This document shows positions 49,410 through 63,000 of a DNA stretch of 64,000 nt, one piece after another; position 1 is the stretch's first letter, and the number at the start of each line of letters is the position of its first letter. Position numbers and translations under genes: made by a program. The notes under the pieces are model-generated. The model had not been told where the DNA came from, searched no databases, and saw only the letters and a list, made by a program, of their open reading frames with translations. The stretch is from Monocercomonoides exilis PA203. Taxonomy: Eukaryota; Protista; Preaxostyla. The DNA is taken from the NCBI GenBank assembly GCA_001643675.2, contig LSRY02000019.1:992001-1056000 (forward strand), given 5' to 3'.

Positions 49410-50824
49410 TCATTTCAAAAATATTTGCTCGATTAAATGTGCAACAAAACAATCCATATTTGAATGGGTTGAAACAATTTTTGCAGCTTCTTTAGCTTCT
49501 TCGCAAGCATTGGAAGGACAGCCTCCACAACCTGCCATGCGAATCTTACAAAAATGGATTAGAAGCAAGCAAACAAACAAAAGTAATTATATATCAGTAG
49601 ATGAATAGAAAATAACAATTTGTCGCAAAATGTCCAAAATGGTTTTAAAGAAAAATGAAAAAATCAGTAAACAAAAGAGTCGAAGACTTTTGCATTCAAA
49701 AATATAAGCTAAAAAATGTTTTTTCTTTTTTCCTTTTGTTTTCTTTTCCTTTTTTAATTAAGAATGACTCAACAAAGACACACCATTTCAACATCATTTC
49801 TTCCGTCACCAACAGCCACTGCCTGTTCTAACGTGCATCCAAATTCGTGTTCGCAAAGCCACTTTAACGCTTCCCCTTTGCTTACTATTTGTGGCAATAT
49901 TTCACAGTAATACGGCTTTGTCTGAACCGTTCTGGAAATTGATGGGATTAATGCAGACATTTCAGGTAAAATTCTTTAAATCAAGTTATAATTATTGGTT
50001 GATATAAATTTTAATATCGGGAAATGGATGTTAACTTCGCTCCTTAAAGGTTAATAATTGTGCAATACTTCTTTATTATAAGTTCTTCGCTCTCACAAAT
50101 AAGAAATTTTTGAGGAAGTTTTGATTTGCAAAATTCTAACATTTCGTCAAATGACATTGACATATGCTAATATGAAAAATGGACCAACATTAGTTGTTCT
50201 AAAAGTGAATTTGCATCAAACCTGTAGATTTACACTTTCAAGATGAATTCTGTGAAATTCATTGTCCTTCGTGCTTGCAAGATGTGTAGTTTCATAATAA
50301 AATTCTGAATATATATAATATTAAAATATAAAAAAGGCAAATGCAAATATAAGCAGAACATCTCGGTTTCGTACCTACAGCAAAATTATTTCGTTTGCAA
50401 TAATCTAAAACAATTTCAACTGTTTCTTTGTCTAATACCTTCGAAAAAATTATCTTTTGATCTTCTAATCTCATTACTTCACCTCCATTTGATCCTTTTT
50501 TGTTGTGAAATCGTGAAAACTTAAAATAAAAAATTTTTGCTTAAATGAAAAACCTATTATATAAGAATTATCTTTTTTCAATCCAATTTCTTCAAATTTT
50601 TTCAATGAGTCAAAACATTTTCTTCCTAATAAAATTAGACAAATATGCGCAAATATTATTATTATTACGATAAAGCAATAATTCAAACCGCTGTTAAAAA
50701 CAACATGTATTCCAATATCTTGAATTTTTCTGAGCATTTCTGCATCAGTTGGATTTATTGTCAAGTCATCTCGTAAAAGAGTATCATCTAAGTCCGTTGA
50801 AAAAACCTTAAATCCTTGACTCAT
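49410..50824 (-). CDS. Cof-like HAD superfamily (subfamily IIB) hydrolase, 7 exons
   Basis: Motif I 'FSTDLDDTLL'; II 'VVFNSGR'; 'SNGG'; III/IV 'EILPQIVSKGEAL...AVAVGDGRNDVEMIRMAG'; six GT-AG introns give a continuous frame to TGA at 49410. Confidence 0.9.
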
Positions 50825-51567
50825 TCTAGTTTAAATAATACTTTAAAAAATGAAAAATTCAAAAATAATTATATTTTTCACGATCACCCATTCTGAATAT
50901 AATTATTTGAAAAATTCAGAATTTTTATGAACTCTTATATAAAATATAATAATAATATTATAGGTATATTCAAATGTGTAATTCTATCGAAATGCAGAAA
51001 AATATTAAATTAAAGAAAAAAAAATAAAAAACTTTAAAATGTGAATCAAGTAATGCTCCACAAAATGAAAGCTTAAAATTATATCAATTCTTACTAAATT
51101 TTACGAAACAAAAAAACAAAAAAAAATCTTATCATAAAAAATGTGCTTTTAAAAAAAAATTAATTTTTTTTAAAAACATCATCAATAGAATCGCTTGAGC
51201 AGAAATAACTTTGAATAATCCTTCAAAATCAAACAGAAAAAAAAAAAGCAAACATGTAATGATTAGTTGAAAAAAATACAAAAATCACATCAAAAGTCTC
51301 TGTACTCACAAACTGACGCATTCCAAGGAGCTGTAATCAAATAGTAAGAAAAGTTGATCAGAAGCAACAGCAAAGGCTATTCAAAACAATGCAAAGAGTA
51401 AAATGAATTGTCAAATCACACAGAAATGGGATTATGAGTTAATGCGATTAAAAAATTTCGCAATTTTAAAAAAAATAAGCAATTTTGTTGGTTATTCTGA
51501 AAAGAACTTCTTTAATTTCATTCATTTATTTACTTATTTAATAATATGTTTATTTATTATAATTATC

Positions 51568-53995
51568 TTATTGATTTCCCTCAGTGCTGCTCTGCTGCCC
51601 TTGTGCCGCTTGCTCTTCAGCTGCTGTTTCTTCGTGTTCCAAAAGCGCTGAATCAATCTCTGTCTTCACTGGACTCGACACTTCGTGCGTATCTTCTTTT
51701 TCAACTGGAGACATCTTGCTTTTCATTGATGCTTCTTCTTCTTGTGTCACTTTGCTCACTTTCTCTTCCATCTGCTCTTTCTCTTCTCTCTCTTTCTCCT
51801 TCTCTCTCTCCTCCATCTCGTTTCTCCCTCTTTCTTCATGTGACTTGTACTTCGCCAACTCTATCTCTCTTCTGATAGCTGCTTCCTGTTCTCTCAGTTC
51901 TTGCTCTTTCATGAAAATCGCCTTCTCCCTCTCTGCCAGCAGCTGCTCTTGCTTCATCTTCAGCTCCATCAGCTTCTGCTCTTGCATCTGCATACGCTCC
52001 TCAAAGGATAAGTGCATCATCGCTGACTGTGGAGAAGCAACAGATGCCGAAGAAGAGGAAGAGGAAGAGGAAGAGGAAGAAGATGATGATGATGATGATG
52101 AAGCAGTGCTAAGCGGATACGGATGCACCGCCGACGGATGTACAAGCGGCGCAGTCAGTGCATTGGAATACGACACTCGCAGCATCTCGTCAGCATCGAT
52201 ATTTCCGCTCTTCTGCATCTGCGCATAGTTCTCCATGATGTCTTCTTTTTCCAACATCGCCACGCCCATCGCCCCAAACTGCCCTGCTTGTTGTGTCTGT
52301 GGCAGCATCTTGTCTTGGGATCCTTGCTGTTGCGCCTCCAGCTTCTTCTTCCGCGCCCCTTTCACTGTCTCCTGGTTCACAGACACCGCTCTGATGTTCG
52401 AATACGGATTGTCATCCAATGGGAAACGCTTCTTGATGATAATCTGTCTCTTCCTCTTCTTCTTCTCTCCTGTTGTCTCGCCTGCCTCTGCTGCTCCTTC
52501 TTTCTTCTTTTCTCCTTCCTTCTCGCTGTCTGTGTCACCTTCAGTCTCTGACTCTGTCATCTCTGCATTCCGCATCTTAGCTTCTTCTTCTCCCAGCTCA
52601 GCCACTTCCACCCTCCTCACCTCGCACTCGATCTCGTAGCCCTGTGCAGTGAGTGACATGTCTGCAAAGGACACGGGGTCGTAGTCGCCAGGCTCTCTCA
52701 CAGCAGAATGGCGCGGAATAACCACACGCGTCTTCCGCTTGCCTTGCGAAGAAGACGATGAGGCTGAAGCTGAGGCATCGGTTGATGAGGATGAGGAGGA
52801 TGTGGAAGAAGAAGAAGATGATGATGATGATGATGAGGCTGAGCTAGAAGCATCAACATTTTTATCTTTCGAATCTGCTTTTTTGTCTTTTGTAGAAATT
52901 GAGACTTTCCTTGGTTTGTCTTCTTTGCCCAATTTCTCTTTCCTTCCATCTCTTCCCATTTTCAATTGCTCTTCCAATTCTTCAATTTTTTCCTGCCTTT
53001 CCTTTGGAGTAATCTCGCGATTCGACGCAATCTTTCCATCTCTCATAAAAATCACACGAGACCCAAAGTTAATAAGATTCATATCGTGAGTGACCATAAC
53101 CATTGTAATGCCTTTTTTATTCAAATCGAGAAGAATACGCATAACATTGTTTGTATTAAGTGTATCCAAATCTCCTGTCGGTTCGTCGAGAAGAAGAAGT
53201 TCTGGACTGTTTGCCAGAGCACGAGCAATGGTAACACGCTGTTGCTCTCCACCAGAAAGCATGTTTGGGAAATGATCCAAACGATCCCCCATTTGAACAC
53301 TTTCCAGAAGGGACTTTGCAAGCTCCTTTCTTTTAGCTGGTCCTAACCCTCTGAATGTAAGTGGAAGCTCGACATTTTCGAGTGCAGTCATGGAAGATAG
53401 AAGATTGAAAGTTTGAAACACAAAACCTCTAACGAAAATACAAATGATATCAACCAAAGATTAATAAAAATACTATATTGCAAAAGACGTGTCATACAAA
53501 TGTTCAAGTCTAATTTTCGCAAGCTCGTCATCGGTGGTTCTTGGGGTAATTTCTAAGAAAAAATTTTATATTGAATTTGAGAAAAATAATATACAATAAG
53601 AAATACAAACTCGTTCCACAAAGGCTAACACGGCCTTTTGTAGGTTTGTCAATGGTGCCCATGATATTCAGCATTGTACTCTTTCTGTATAACAAAAAAG
53701 GAACTCAAAACTTTTGTTGAACAAAAAAAAATTGGCATACCCTCCACCAGACGTTCCGCAAATCATAACAAACTCTCCCCGTTTTATTTGTAAATCTACA
53801 CCTCTAGAATTAAAAAAATAGTTAAATCATAAATAAAAGCAATCAATGATGATCAATATTGAACGCAAATACATACCTGAGTGCAGCAACACCTTCCACC
53901 CCAAGTAAATATGTTTTATGAATATTTTCTAATTCAATAAAAGGCTCTTCACCGCCTTCTTCCAACAGCTTTGACTCCAAATCAACAGAATTCAT
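51568..53995 (-). CDS. Stand-alone ABC ATP-binding protein of LolD/MacB/FtsE type (ABCH-like), 5 exons, long coiled-coil/low-complexity tail
   Basis: '[25 protein letters not shown]'; Walker A 'GTSGGGKST'; Q-loop '[10 protein letters not shown]'; signature '[15 protein letters not shown]'; Walker B '[12 protein letters not shown]'; H-loop 'MVTHD'; no TM domain. Confidence 0.9.
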
Positions 53996-54230
53996 CTCCG
54001 GAGAAATATTACACCCATTTTTAGATCTTTTTTTTATTAATGTTTAGAAACGAACCTATATCAAATGGAAAAAACTTTGTCACTTCATAATATTAATAAT
54101 TTTCCTAAAAGAATAAATGATAATAAGAAGAAAAATGATGTTCACAAAATCACTTTTGATCAAAAGGTGAATATAAAGGGAATATTCTTTGGAAAAGAGG
54201 GGAATTTCGGAGGATTGATCAGTGAGAGAA

Positions 54231-55089
54231 ATGCAAAGAGAAGGAGATTGGGCTTGTCCGGTATGATAAATTTAACTGTTTTATTCCATGTGAAACTTTT
54301 ATTAAAACAAAACTATTTTTTGTGTAGAATTGTCAATTTATGAACTATGCAAGACGTGTTGCTTGCTTTAAGTGTGGCGCATCAAAAGATGGAACTGAAG
54401 GAGTAGCACCAGCACAAGTCAGACCATCAGCAGGAACTGAAGGAACAGCAATTCGCCCAGGTGATTGGTATAGCCTTATCTTTCAATCAATTCATTTGTT
54501 CAATGAATTAACAAAAAATAATGTTTTATTTATTTCAGGGTTTGCCAAGCATGCCGTGCCATCAACTTTGCAAAGAGGTTAGACAATTTTAATGTTATTT
54601 AAATTTCTTTTATCAATTATTTTTTTATTAGATTATATGATTGCTATTCTTGCGGATGCCCAAGAGGAGCCCGCCCAATCGGATTCCGAGGAGGTTTCCG
54701 TGGAGGAATGCGTGGTGGTTTCAGAGGTCGTAGAGGAGGATTTGCTGCAGCTGCAGGATTCCCAGCACGCAGAAGAAGAATAACACCAAGAGAAGGTGAT
54801 TGGTTCTGCACTGCTTGCAGTACTCACAATTTTGCTTTCCGTGATGACTGCCGTAAATGCTCAGCAGCACGCTCCCCAACTGCTAGAATGGTTACCAAAG
54901 AAGAAGCCATCGCTGGATATGTTCCACGTGAAGGTGATTGGGAATGCCCATCATGCAAAGCGGTTTGTATTTTTCGTTTCGAAAGCTTTGAATGAATAAT
55001 CTTCGTTTCTTTTATCATTTCAATTCTCATTTCAGCGCAATTATGCTTTCCGCACAGAGTGCTTCTCATGCAAAGCCCCAAAATCGTAA
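54231..55089 (+). CDS. RNA-binding protein with four RanBP2-type zinc fingers and an RGG box, 5 exons
   Basis: Four 'R(E/P)GDWxCxxCxxxN(F/Y)AxRxxCxxC' units; 'GFRGGFRGGMRGGFRGRRGG'; introns at about 54261-54328, 54468-54538, 54578-54631 and 54963-55035; TAA at 55087-89. Confidence 0.9.
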
Positions 55090-55443
55090 TCGAAAAAATC
55101 GAAATTTGAGGAAAAATATTTAATTCGTTCATGTGAACTAAACTTCAGAAAGTCAGTCAAAGGAGAAGAGTGTTATTTATGAAATGTTTTGACTTATTAA
55201 TTTTTTTTCTGTGAAAATTGTGCAAAATCTGACTTTTATATTGTATTGCTTACGAAAAAAAAAAAGAAAGAAATAGGATGAATTTATTGAATATATCATA
55301 AAGGAATTTCCGTGTAAATAAATAGTTTAATTTTGTGATTTTCTTCAATCTGCTAGGGATATTTCGAAAATGATTTTCATTTTGTAAAAGATAAATTTTT
55401 GATCGATGAACCTTTATGTACGTCTGGAAAAAACAATTATTTC

Positions 55444-58400
55444 ATGGGAGGAATTCAAACAAAAGGTGAGGATGCTATCATCCAAAATTCGCCTATTCCT
55501 TTGAATTTAACTCCAGATATTTATGCGATAATATCAAAATATTCAGGCCTTGAGATTCGAAAAAATCAGTATGTTGTGTTTTTTTATTTATTTGAGTCAA
55601 TTGTTGTTAACACGCAAACATAAATGATTATGTTCGATTTGCAACGTATGAATGAATGTAAGTTTGATGCAATTTCCTGTCATTACAGAAAAAATGAAAA
55701 ATTTGAAAAGATTGAAAATTCAATTGAATGATCTTACAACTATTCCGCAAACCTTGTCTCAACTGATAAATTTGGAAAGCTTTGAATGCTCGTATTGCCT
55801 TCTAAATTCTATCAGGCTTCAAGATTTTTCCGTATGTGTTAATTTTTAATTTGATAATTTTTTGACATTTTTTTATTGGAAATCATATTTTTGAAATTTA
55901 TCAATTATTTTACACAGAAAATGAAAATAAAAGAACTGCGTTTTGCTTGCAATAAAATAACTGGTATCTTAACTGATGCAAATGGTCAAATTCCAATTGA
56001 ATTGCGATCATTTGACTTATCAGGGAATTTGTATGCTTCTTTTTATTATTTGATTCGATTTAACAAAATAAATTGAAAAACTGATAGGTTAACATCTTTG
56101 CATTTTCCTATATTCCAGTTTCAACCAAAACCTGTACTGTCAAATCTGACAAACCTAATTCTCTCTAATAACAGAATTCGCTTCCTTGATTGTTATTTTC
56201 CTTTTCCCTCACTTAAAAAGCTTGACTTGGGTTTTAACGAAATTTGTGGGATGAATGAAAACTGTTTTAACGGCTTATTAAGTCTTGAAGAATTGGATCT
56301 TCAGTTCAACAACATCTCATCATTGCCTCCACAAGTATTCCGAGATCTCAAGAAAGTGCATACATTAAACCTTTCCGGAAACAAGCTGACGGAGCTTCGA
56401 AGCTGCGTTTTTGCGCCTCTGGTCTCGATGGTCGATCTGAAGTGCAAGCAGAACCGAATTATGTGCGTCGAGTGGCTGGCTGACGATCGAATGCGGGCGC
56501 TGTCAAAAATCGCCATCAAATCGATTGAAAAAGCCAGCAATACCAAAAATGAGCGAAACACACTGGCCAACTCGAACTATTCGTGTTCTGATCTGCACGG
56601 GAAAGAGTCGTTCCCTTCGATATCTTCATCATTGTCATCGTCTTCGTCTTCATTGTATCTATCTGCTTCTCTTTCTTCCTCTTCCTCTTCTTCCTCTTTG
56701 GCAACTGCTTCAAACTTGAGTTCGTGCCATTCTTCGAAGTATGTCTTTGTGGAGCCGCACAAAGTGATGAAAAACCTCAGAAATTTGGATCTTTCCTTCA
56801 ACAATCTGATTGTTTTTGCTTCGATTCCTATTTCTGAGCAAAGTTGTGTTGTATCCACTTCATCATTATTGTCATCATCATCATCTTCTTCTTCTTCTTC
56901 TTCTTCTTCTTCTGAAACAATCAACAATTCGACAGCTTCTGCTCAGAATCAATCTTCAATTCCTTCCTCTTCTTCTTCCTCAGCTCCTTTATCATCATCG
57001 GCATCATCATCGTCAACAGCAACTCCTGCTTCTCCAAATTCGTCTGATGCATCAGTCAATTCTTCTTCTTCCTCTTCTTCTTCAGTTTCTTCTTCAATGT
57101 CTCCAGCTTCTTCTTCCATTTCTTCTTCCTCCACCTCTTCCTCTTCTTCCTCTTCTTCTCTTCCCTGTCACCCATCCCTTGAGCATCTCAACCTATCCCA
57201 CAACAACCTCACACACTCCTTCTTCACATCTGCCTCTTTCTTCACTCTAACCGACCTCGACTTGTCGTTTAATCCGCATTTAGCCGTTCTGAATGCTGAT
57301 CTGCTCCCATATCAGTCTCTGCAGACGCTGAACGTGGCGTCCTGCGGAATTCTTGCGATTGTGGGCGACTTCAGCGTGTTTCAACAGCTGTCTATTTTGG
57401 ACATTTCTTCGAATGAAAGGCTGTTTGGGCAATTTTCGCTGTGGAATGAAGAGCGCAGGAAGTATTGGGAACAAGGGCTGGATGATGAGCATGGAGAAGG
57501 AATGCATACAGCTCATGCAACTACTTCTTCCTTATCTTCTTCCTATTCTTCCTCCTCCTCCTCTTCTTCTTCTTCTCTTCTTCTCCCCTCTCATTCCTCC
57601 ACCTCTTCCACGCCAACCTCCTTCCCTCTCTCCCTCTCCTTCACCAATCTGAAAGTGCTGCGGGCGAACCGTGTTGGCCTGCTTCATTTTCCGACAGAGC
57701 TGTTTTTGAATGGAAATTTAGCATCTTCATTGAATGAATTGAGATTAGCAGCGAATGAAATCAAAGAACTAAGCACGTGCAAATGCCCTGAATGCAGAAG
57801 GAAGATGGAGAAAAGACTGAGAAGCGGGTGGAAGAGGTTTGGCAAGGTTGAGAGAGGAAGAGAAGGGGAAGGAGAAGAAAGAGGGAAACTTGCATCAGAA
57901 TATGCAAATGATAAATGTGCAAAGCATATTGTCATTGATGCTGCTAAATGTGCTTATAGCCAATCTGATTCTTCTTCTTCCTCCTCCTCCTCCTCTTCTT
58001 CTTCTTCTTCTTCTTCGAGTTCTTTATCGCCTTCTTCACAATCCGATCACAACACGACTTTTCCACCACTTGCTGTGGATGTGATGAGTAACTCACTTGA
58101 TTCTCCAACACTATCAGAAACAGCTTCTTCTGTTTCTTCTTCTGTTTCTTCTTCTGTTTCTTCTTCTTCTTCTTTTACTCCGATTTCTCCGAATGGTGCT
58201 TCAACCACAAATAGCATTAACACATCGGATCAATCTTCAAATACATCTGAGATTCCCTCTTCTTTCACGGAGACGGAATCATCACAGAACACTTCTTCTT
58301 CTTCTTCTTCTTCCTCTACTTCCTCTTCCTCTTCTTCCTCATCTCCCTTCACACGTGTTGATTCCTCCGCCCTTCCATTGACCCCAACATCTGCCGGCTC

Positions 58401-60063
58401 TCCTTCTCTCCCCTTTCACTCTGCTGCCATCATCGCCTCATCGCCTTCAATGTCCCGCACTCGCTCTCGTTCTGAAAGGCCGTTTTCTGCATCGTTTCCT
58501 CGCTTAAACTTGAGTATCAATTTGGGCTCTGTTTTTTCTTCAACAAATAATAATAGTAATAGTAATAACTATAATAATAATTCTTATGGTCTTCCTCCAA
58601 TTTCTCCGATTTCTCCGTCCACAACTTCTGTAGCAGCAAAGCAGCCACATCATCCAGTGTTTGTGTTCTCCAAGCTAACTCATCTTTCTATTCTCGATTT
58701 AAGCCACAACAAAATCCGTTCATTGCCTTCTTCGTTTGGGCTGCATTTGTCACATCTGAAAGATCTGGAGCTGGCGGGGAATGTGAGAGTGTTAGAGACA
58801 GAAGAGGAGAGGAAGGAAAGAATGGAGAAGAGGAGGGAAAAGAGGGAGAAAAAGGAGAAGAAAGAGAAGAGAATGAAAAGAAAGAGGGAAGAAGTAGAAA
58901 GCTGTGAAGGAAAAGAAGAAGGGGTGGAAGAAGAAAAAGAGGTGAAGGAAGAAGAGGAAACAGAAAGTGAATATTTGTCAAGCGAGGAAGAAGCATACGA
59001 AGCAGAAGAAGATGAAGAAGAAGACAGTGAAGAAGAATATGTTGATTCCTTTGGAAAAGAGAAAGAAAGCCAAAACAGCAGAAATACCTTAACTTCAGCA
59101 GCTGAATTGAATAAGACGCCAAATATAAGGCGAACTTCATCATCTTGTGATCCACCTTCATCGTCATCATCTTCGTTTTCTTCTTCTTCTTTGTCATCCT
59201 CCACAACTACACCAACCTCTTCTTCTATTTCTTCTTCCTCATCATCTTCTTCTTCTCCATCATCAGAGCCAGCACAGCCAGTTGAAACACCTCAATCCTT
59301 CCGTTTTATGAAGCGGCGCTCAACAATATCATCACCCAGATCATATCGCCCTCCTCTTTCTCCTCTGGCTTCTTCTTCCTCCTCCTCCTCTTCTTCTTCT
59401 CATCTCTCTTCTTCATCTACAGATGCTGTTAAGTCTTCGTTTTCTTCTTCTAACTATTCTTCTTCTTCCTCCTCCTCCTCTTCTTCTTCTTCTTTCCCAT
59501 CTCCTCACAAACAACCCTCCAATCGTCCTAATCGTTCTATTCATCCTCTGCTTTTCTTGCCTTCTTCTCTTTCCACTCTCTCTATTGATCACACTTCTTT
59601 GTCTTCTTTTCCACCTTCTTTCTTCTCTTCTTTCTCTTCTCTGTCTGTTTTGACTGCTTCGCACAACAAACTGAAGGATATTCCGGCAGAGCTGATTGAA
59701 TTGATGGGAGGGAGGAAAAGAAACATGGGGATGAACAAAGAAGGGAAAGAGAGAGAAATGGGAAAGGAGAAGGAGAAGGAGAAAGAAAAGGTGAAAGAGA
59801 AAGATGAGATTAAAAAGAATGAAAATGTACCAGAAAGAGAGAAAGAAGAGAAAAAACCAGAAAGTTCCAATAGCAGCAACGATGATAACAACAGTATCAC
59901 TTCTCAATCATCTGAAGAAGACAAGCACGAAACAACAAGCCAAACTCAAAAGGAAAATGCAAATTCTGAAGAGAAAGCGGGTGATACTAATGCTTCTTCA
60001 GATCAGAAAAGAACAGAAACAGAAAATGGAACTGCTGAAGGAGCAAAGAACACTTTGGATTCG

Positions 60064-60094
<31 letters not shown>

Positions 60095-63000
60095 CTTCTT
60101 CTTCTGATGTTGCAAGTGCTGATGAGGCAAAGGATGTACATGTATTGTCAACTCCTTCTCGACAAAGAGTTGCATCTGAAACAGAAGTTAAACAATCAAC
60201 AAACACAGTTTCTTCTTCTTCCTCCTCCTCCTCCTCCTCTGAAACAACATCTACCTCATCCCCTCCACCTACACCACCGCCTCCTCCTCCTCATGCATCT
60301 TCTACATCTCTTGCACCTTCTTCTGCTGCCCCTCCTCCTCCTTCTTATTCTTCTACAACTACTACTGCTGCTTCTCCTTCTACTTCATCGTCATCTTCTT
60401 CTTCCTCTTCTTCTTCCACTTCTACTTCTTCTCATCTTCCACCTGCCCCACCTCCTTCTCAGCACATCCTAACCCTCCAGACATTAGATCTGTCATACAA
60501 CCACATCTCTTCCTTTTCGCCTCTGCTTTCACTCAACAAGGAGATTCTTGCTTCATTCAAAATGTTGGATTTATCAGGAAACCCAGCTGCTGCTGATGCT
60601 GTTTATGAGGTTGCGATGCAGGAGAAGAGAATAACTGATCAAAGAAGGATTGTTTTGAAGATTGATAAGGCTAAAGGAAGAGGGGATGAAGAAGGAGATG
60701 TTGAAGAATGTGAAGAAATACAAAAAGTTTTAATCAAAAAAGGAGAATTTGAAGAAGAAGAAGATGAAACAACAAAAGATGAAGAGAATGCTATTTCTTC
60801 TTCTTCATCTTCAACAATATCTTCATCTGAGTTCAATTCCTTCTTGTTTGCCATGCAGAAGCTGAGTGGTGTGTCAGTTGCTGATTGGATGGCTGATGTT
60901 TTGACTTATACAACAACAAAAACAGACAAAATGACATCAAATCAAATTGTGCAGACTTCTTCTTCTTCTAATCCTAATCCTAATCCTAATTCGAATTCTT
61001 CAGCTTCTTCGAATTCATCATCGTCTTCTTCTTCTACTTCTTCAAATCCCTCAAACCCCAATCCAAACTCGAATAACACTTCTCTTGCTCCAAAAAAGGT
61101 TCCATTGACTTTGTCGTATTTTCTGCCTGTGTTTCAGCTGCTTCTTCCTCCTGTTTCGTTCAAACTTCGATTTGCATGGCGATTTCGAATGAATGAGCAT
61201 CCATTTTCAAAGGTAAGTGCAGAAAAAAGGAGGATTGTGGAGATGAGAAAGGGAAAAGAGGAGAGAAAGGAAGAAGAGAAAGAGAAAAGGAATGAAAATG
61301 ATGGAGTTGAAGAAGGAAACAAAATTAACAGCGAGAAGCAATGCAAAGCAAGCGAAAGAAGGAGAAATGCAATCAAAGAAGCAATTTCTGCTATTTGTCC
61401 AAAGGGATCGTTTGTGTACGTGCCAGCTACAAGCCCTTATTCAACCATTCTATTTGACAAAGAATCTATATCCACAACGACTTTATCTTTTTCATCATCA
61501 TCTTCTTCTCCTCCTCCTTCTTCAATTTCTTCTTCTTCTTCAAATTGTCAGCTGCTGTCAACGTCGTTTGGTTCTTCAGAGGCGCTTGGCCCTCGATCAA
61601 CACAAGAGGACTCGATGTTGATGAAGCCTTTTGTTGCGCCTTCTTTTGTTGTGGCTGAATGGTCAAATGAAAAAAATGAAGGAGAAAAGGGGAAAGAAGA
61701 AAATGTTTCAAATGAAACTGATAAAAATATGGAAAAAGAACGAAGGATGAGTGGAATTCCTTGTATATGTGGATCTTCAGCAGCCTCATCTTCTATTAAT
61801 TCAGAACATGAATCTTCTTCTACTTCTTCAAAAACAGATGATATTTCTTCTCTTTTCCGTGAAGCATCATCATCATCATCATTGGATCCAAATCATTTGC
61901 TATTTGGTGTTCCATTCCCCTGGAAAATTACACTGTACAGAGAAACTAACTCTTCATTCTCTGCTTCATCATCTAATTCTTTATCTTCTTCTTATCCTGA
62001 AGCAACAAACAATACATTCACAAAAATATATGACACATTAACTCTCCCTCTCCCGCCGTTTCTGATTCTTCCTTCAAATCTGTTTACATCTTCTGTGTCT
62101 TCTTCATCCCCGCCATTTCTGTGTGTTCCCATTTATCTTGTTGTTCAATCTATTCACGAACAATATGCAAAAACCCAAGTGACATCACAATCATCAACAT
62201 CTTCTTCCTCTTCCTCTTCCTCTCAACCTAATTCACAATCCTCATCGCATCTTCCTTGCGTTCACTGCCTCTTCCGCAATTCACTTGCTACAATTTCTTC
62301 TGTTCTCTCGTCTCGCTGCATCGATTCTCTTTCTTCGCTTCTCTTCGCATTCGTCCAATGTTCGTTTTCTCTGTTGGATTGTTTGAGCTACAGTGATTTT
62401 GAAGAGAAAGCGAAACAACGTCCAAAAATGGGTGAAGAAGGAGAAGGAGAAGAAGAGAAGCAGAAAGAGGATGAAAACATTCCTTATCCTTTGCAACAGG
62501 ATGAAGAAACGAAAGAAAAAGAAGAGAAGGACAACGAAGAACATAAAGATACGACAAATGAGATAAGCACTCATTCTGAATCATCTTCTTCCTCGTTGAC
62601 TACTTCTTCTTCTCCTTTTCCAAATACTAATTCTCCTTCAAATTCATCTTCTCTTTTCCTTCCATCCACACACCGCTACGCCTCGTCTTCTTCGTTGCTT
62701 CGTCATTTTCTTTCTTCACTGCCATTTTGGTTTACTTCTGTCCTTCACTTTTGGAGCGGAGTGCCACAAGCAGACTCTGTTAAAGTGAAGGTTGAGATGA
62801 AGGAAAAAGAAGAGGAGCATTCAAAGAATGAAGCAAGTGCTGAAGAAAAAATTGTTGAAGTTACTCATTACTTAGCACAACCTTCTTCTTCTGCTTCTTC
62901 CTCTTCTTCCTCCTCATTGGAAATGAAGAACAGCTCATCAATACTAACACAGTTCAGCAATCTGATGGAAGATATTTCAAAGAATTCTCCCGCACGTAAA

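Noticed and set aside
50855-50925. AT-rich inverted repeats upstream of the HAD gene
   Set aside because: Short and almost purely A/T, so plausible by chance.
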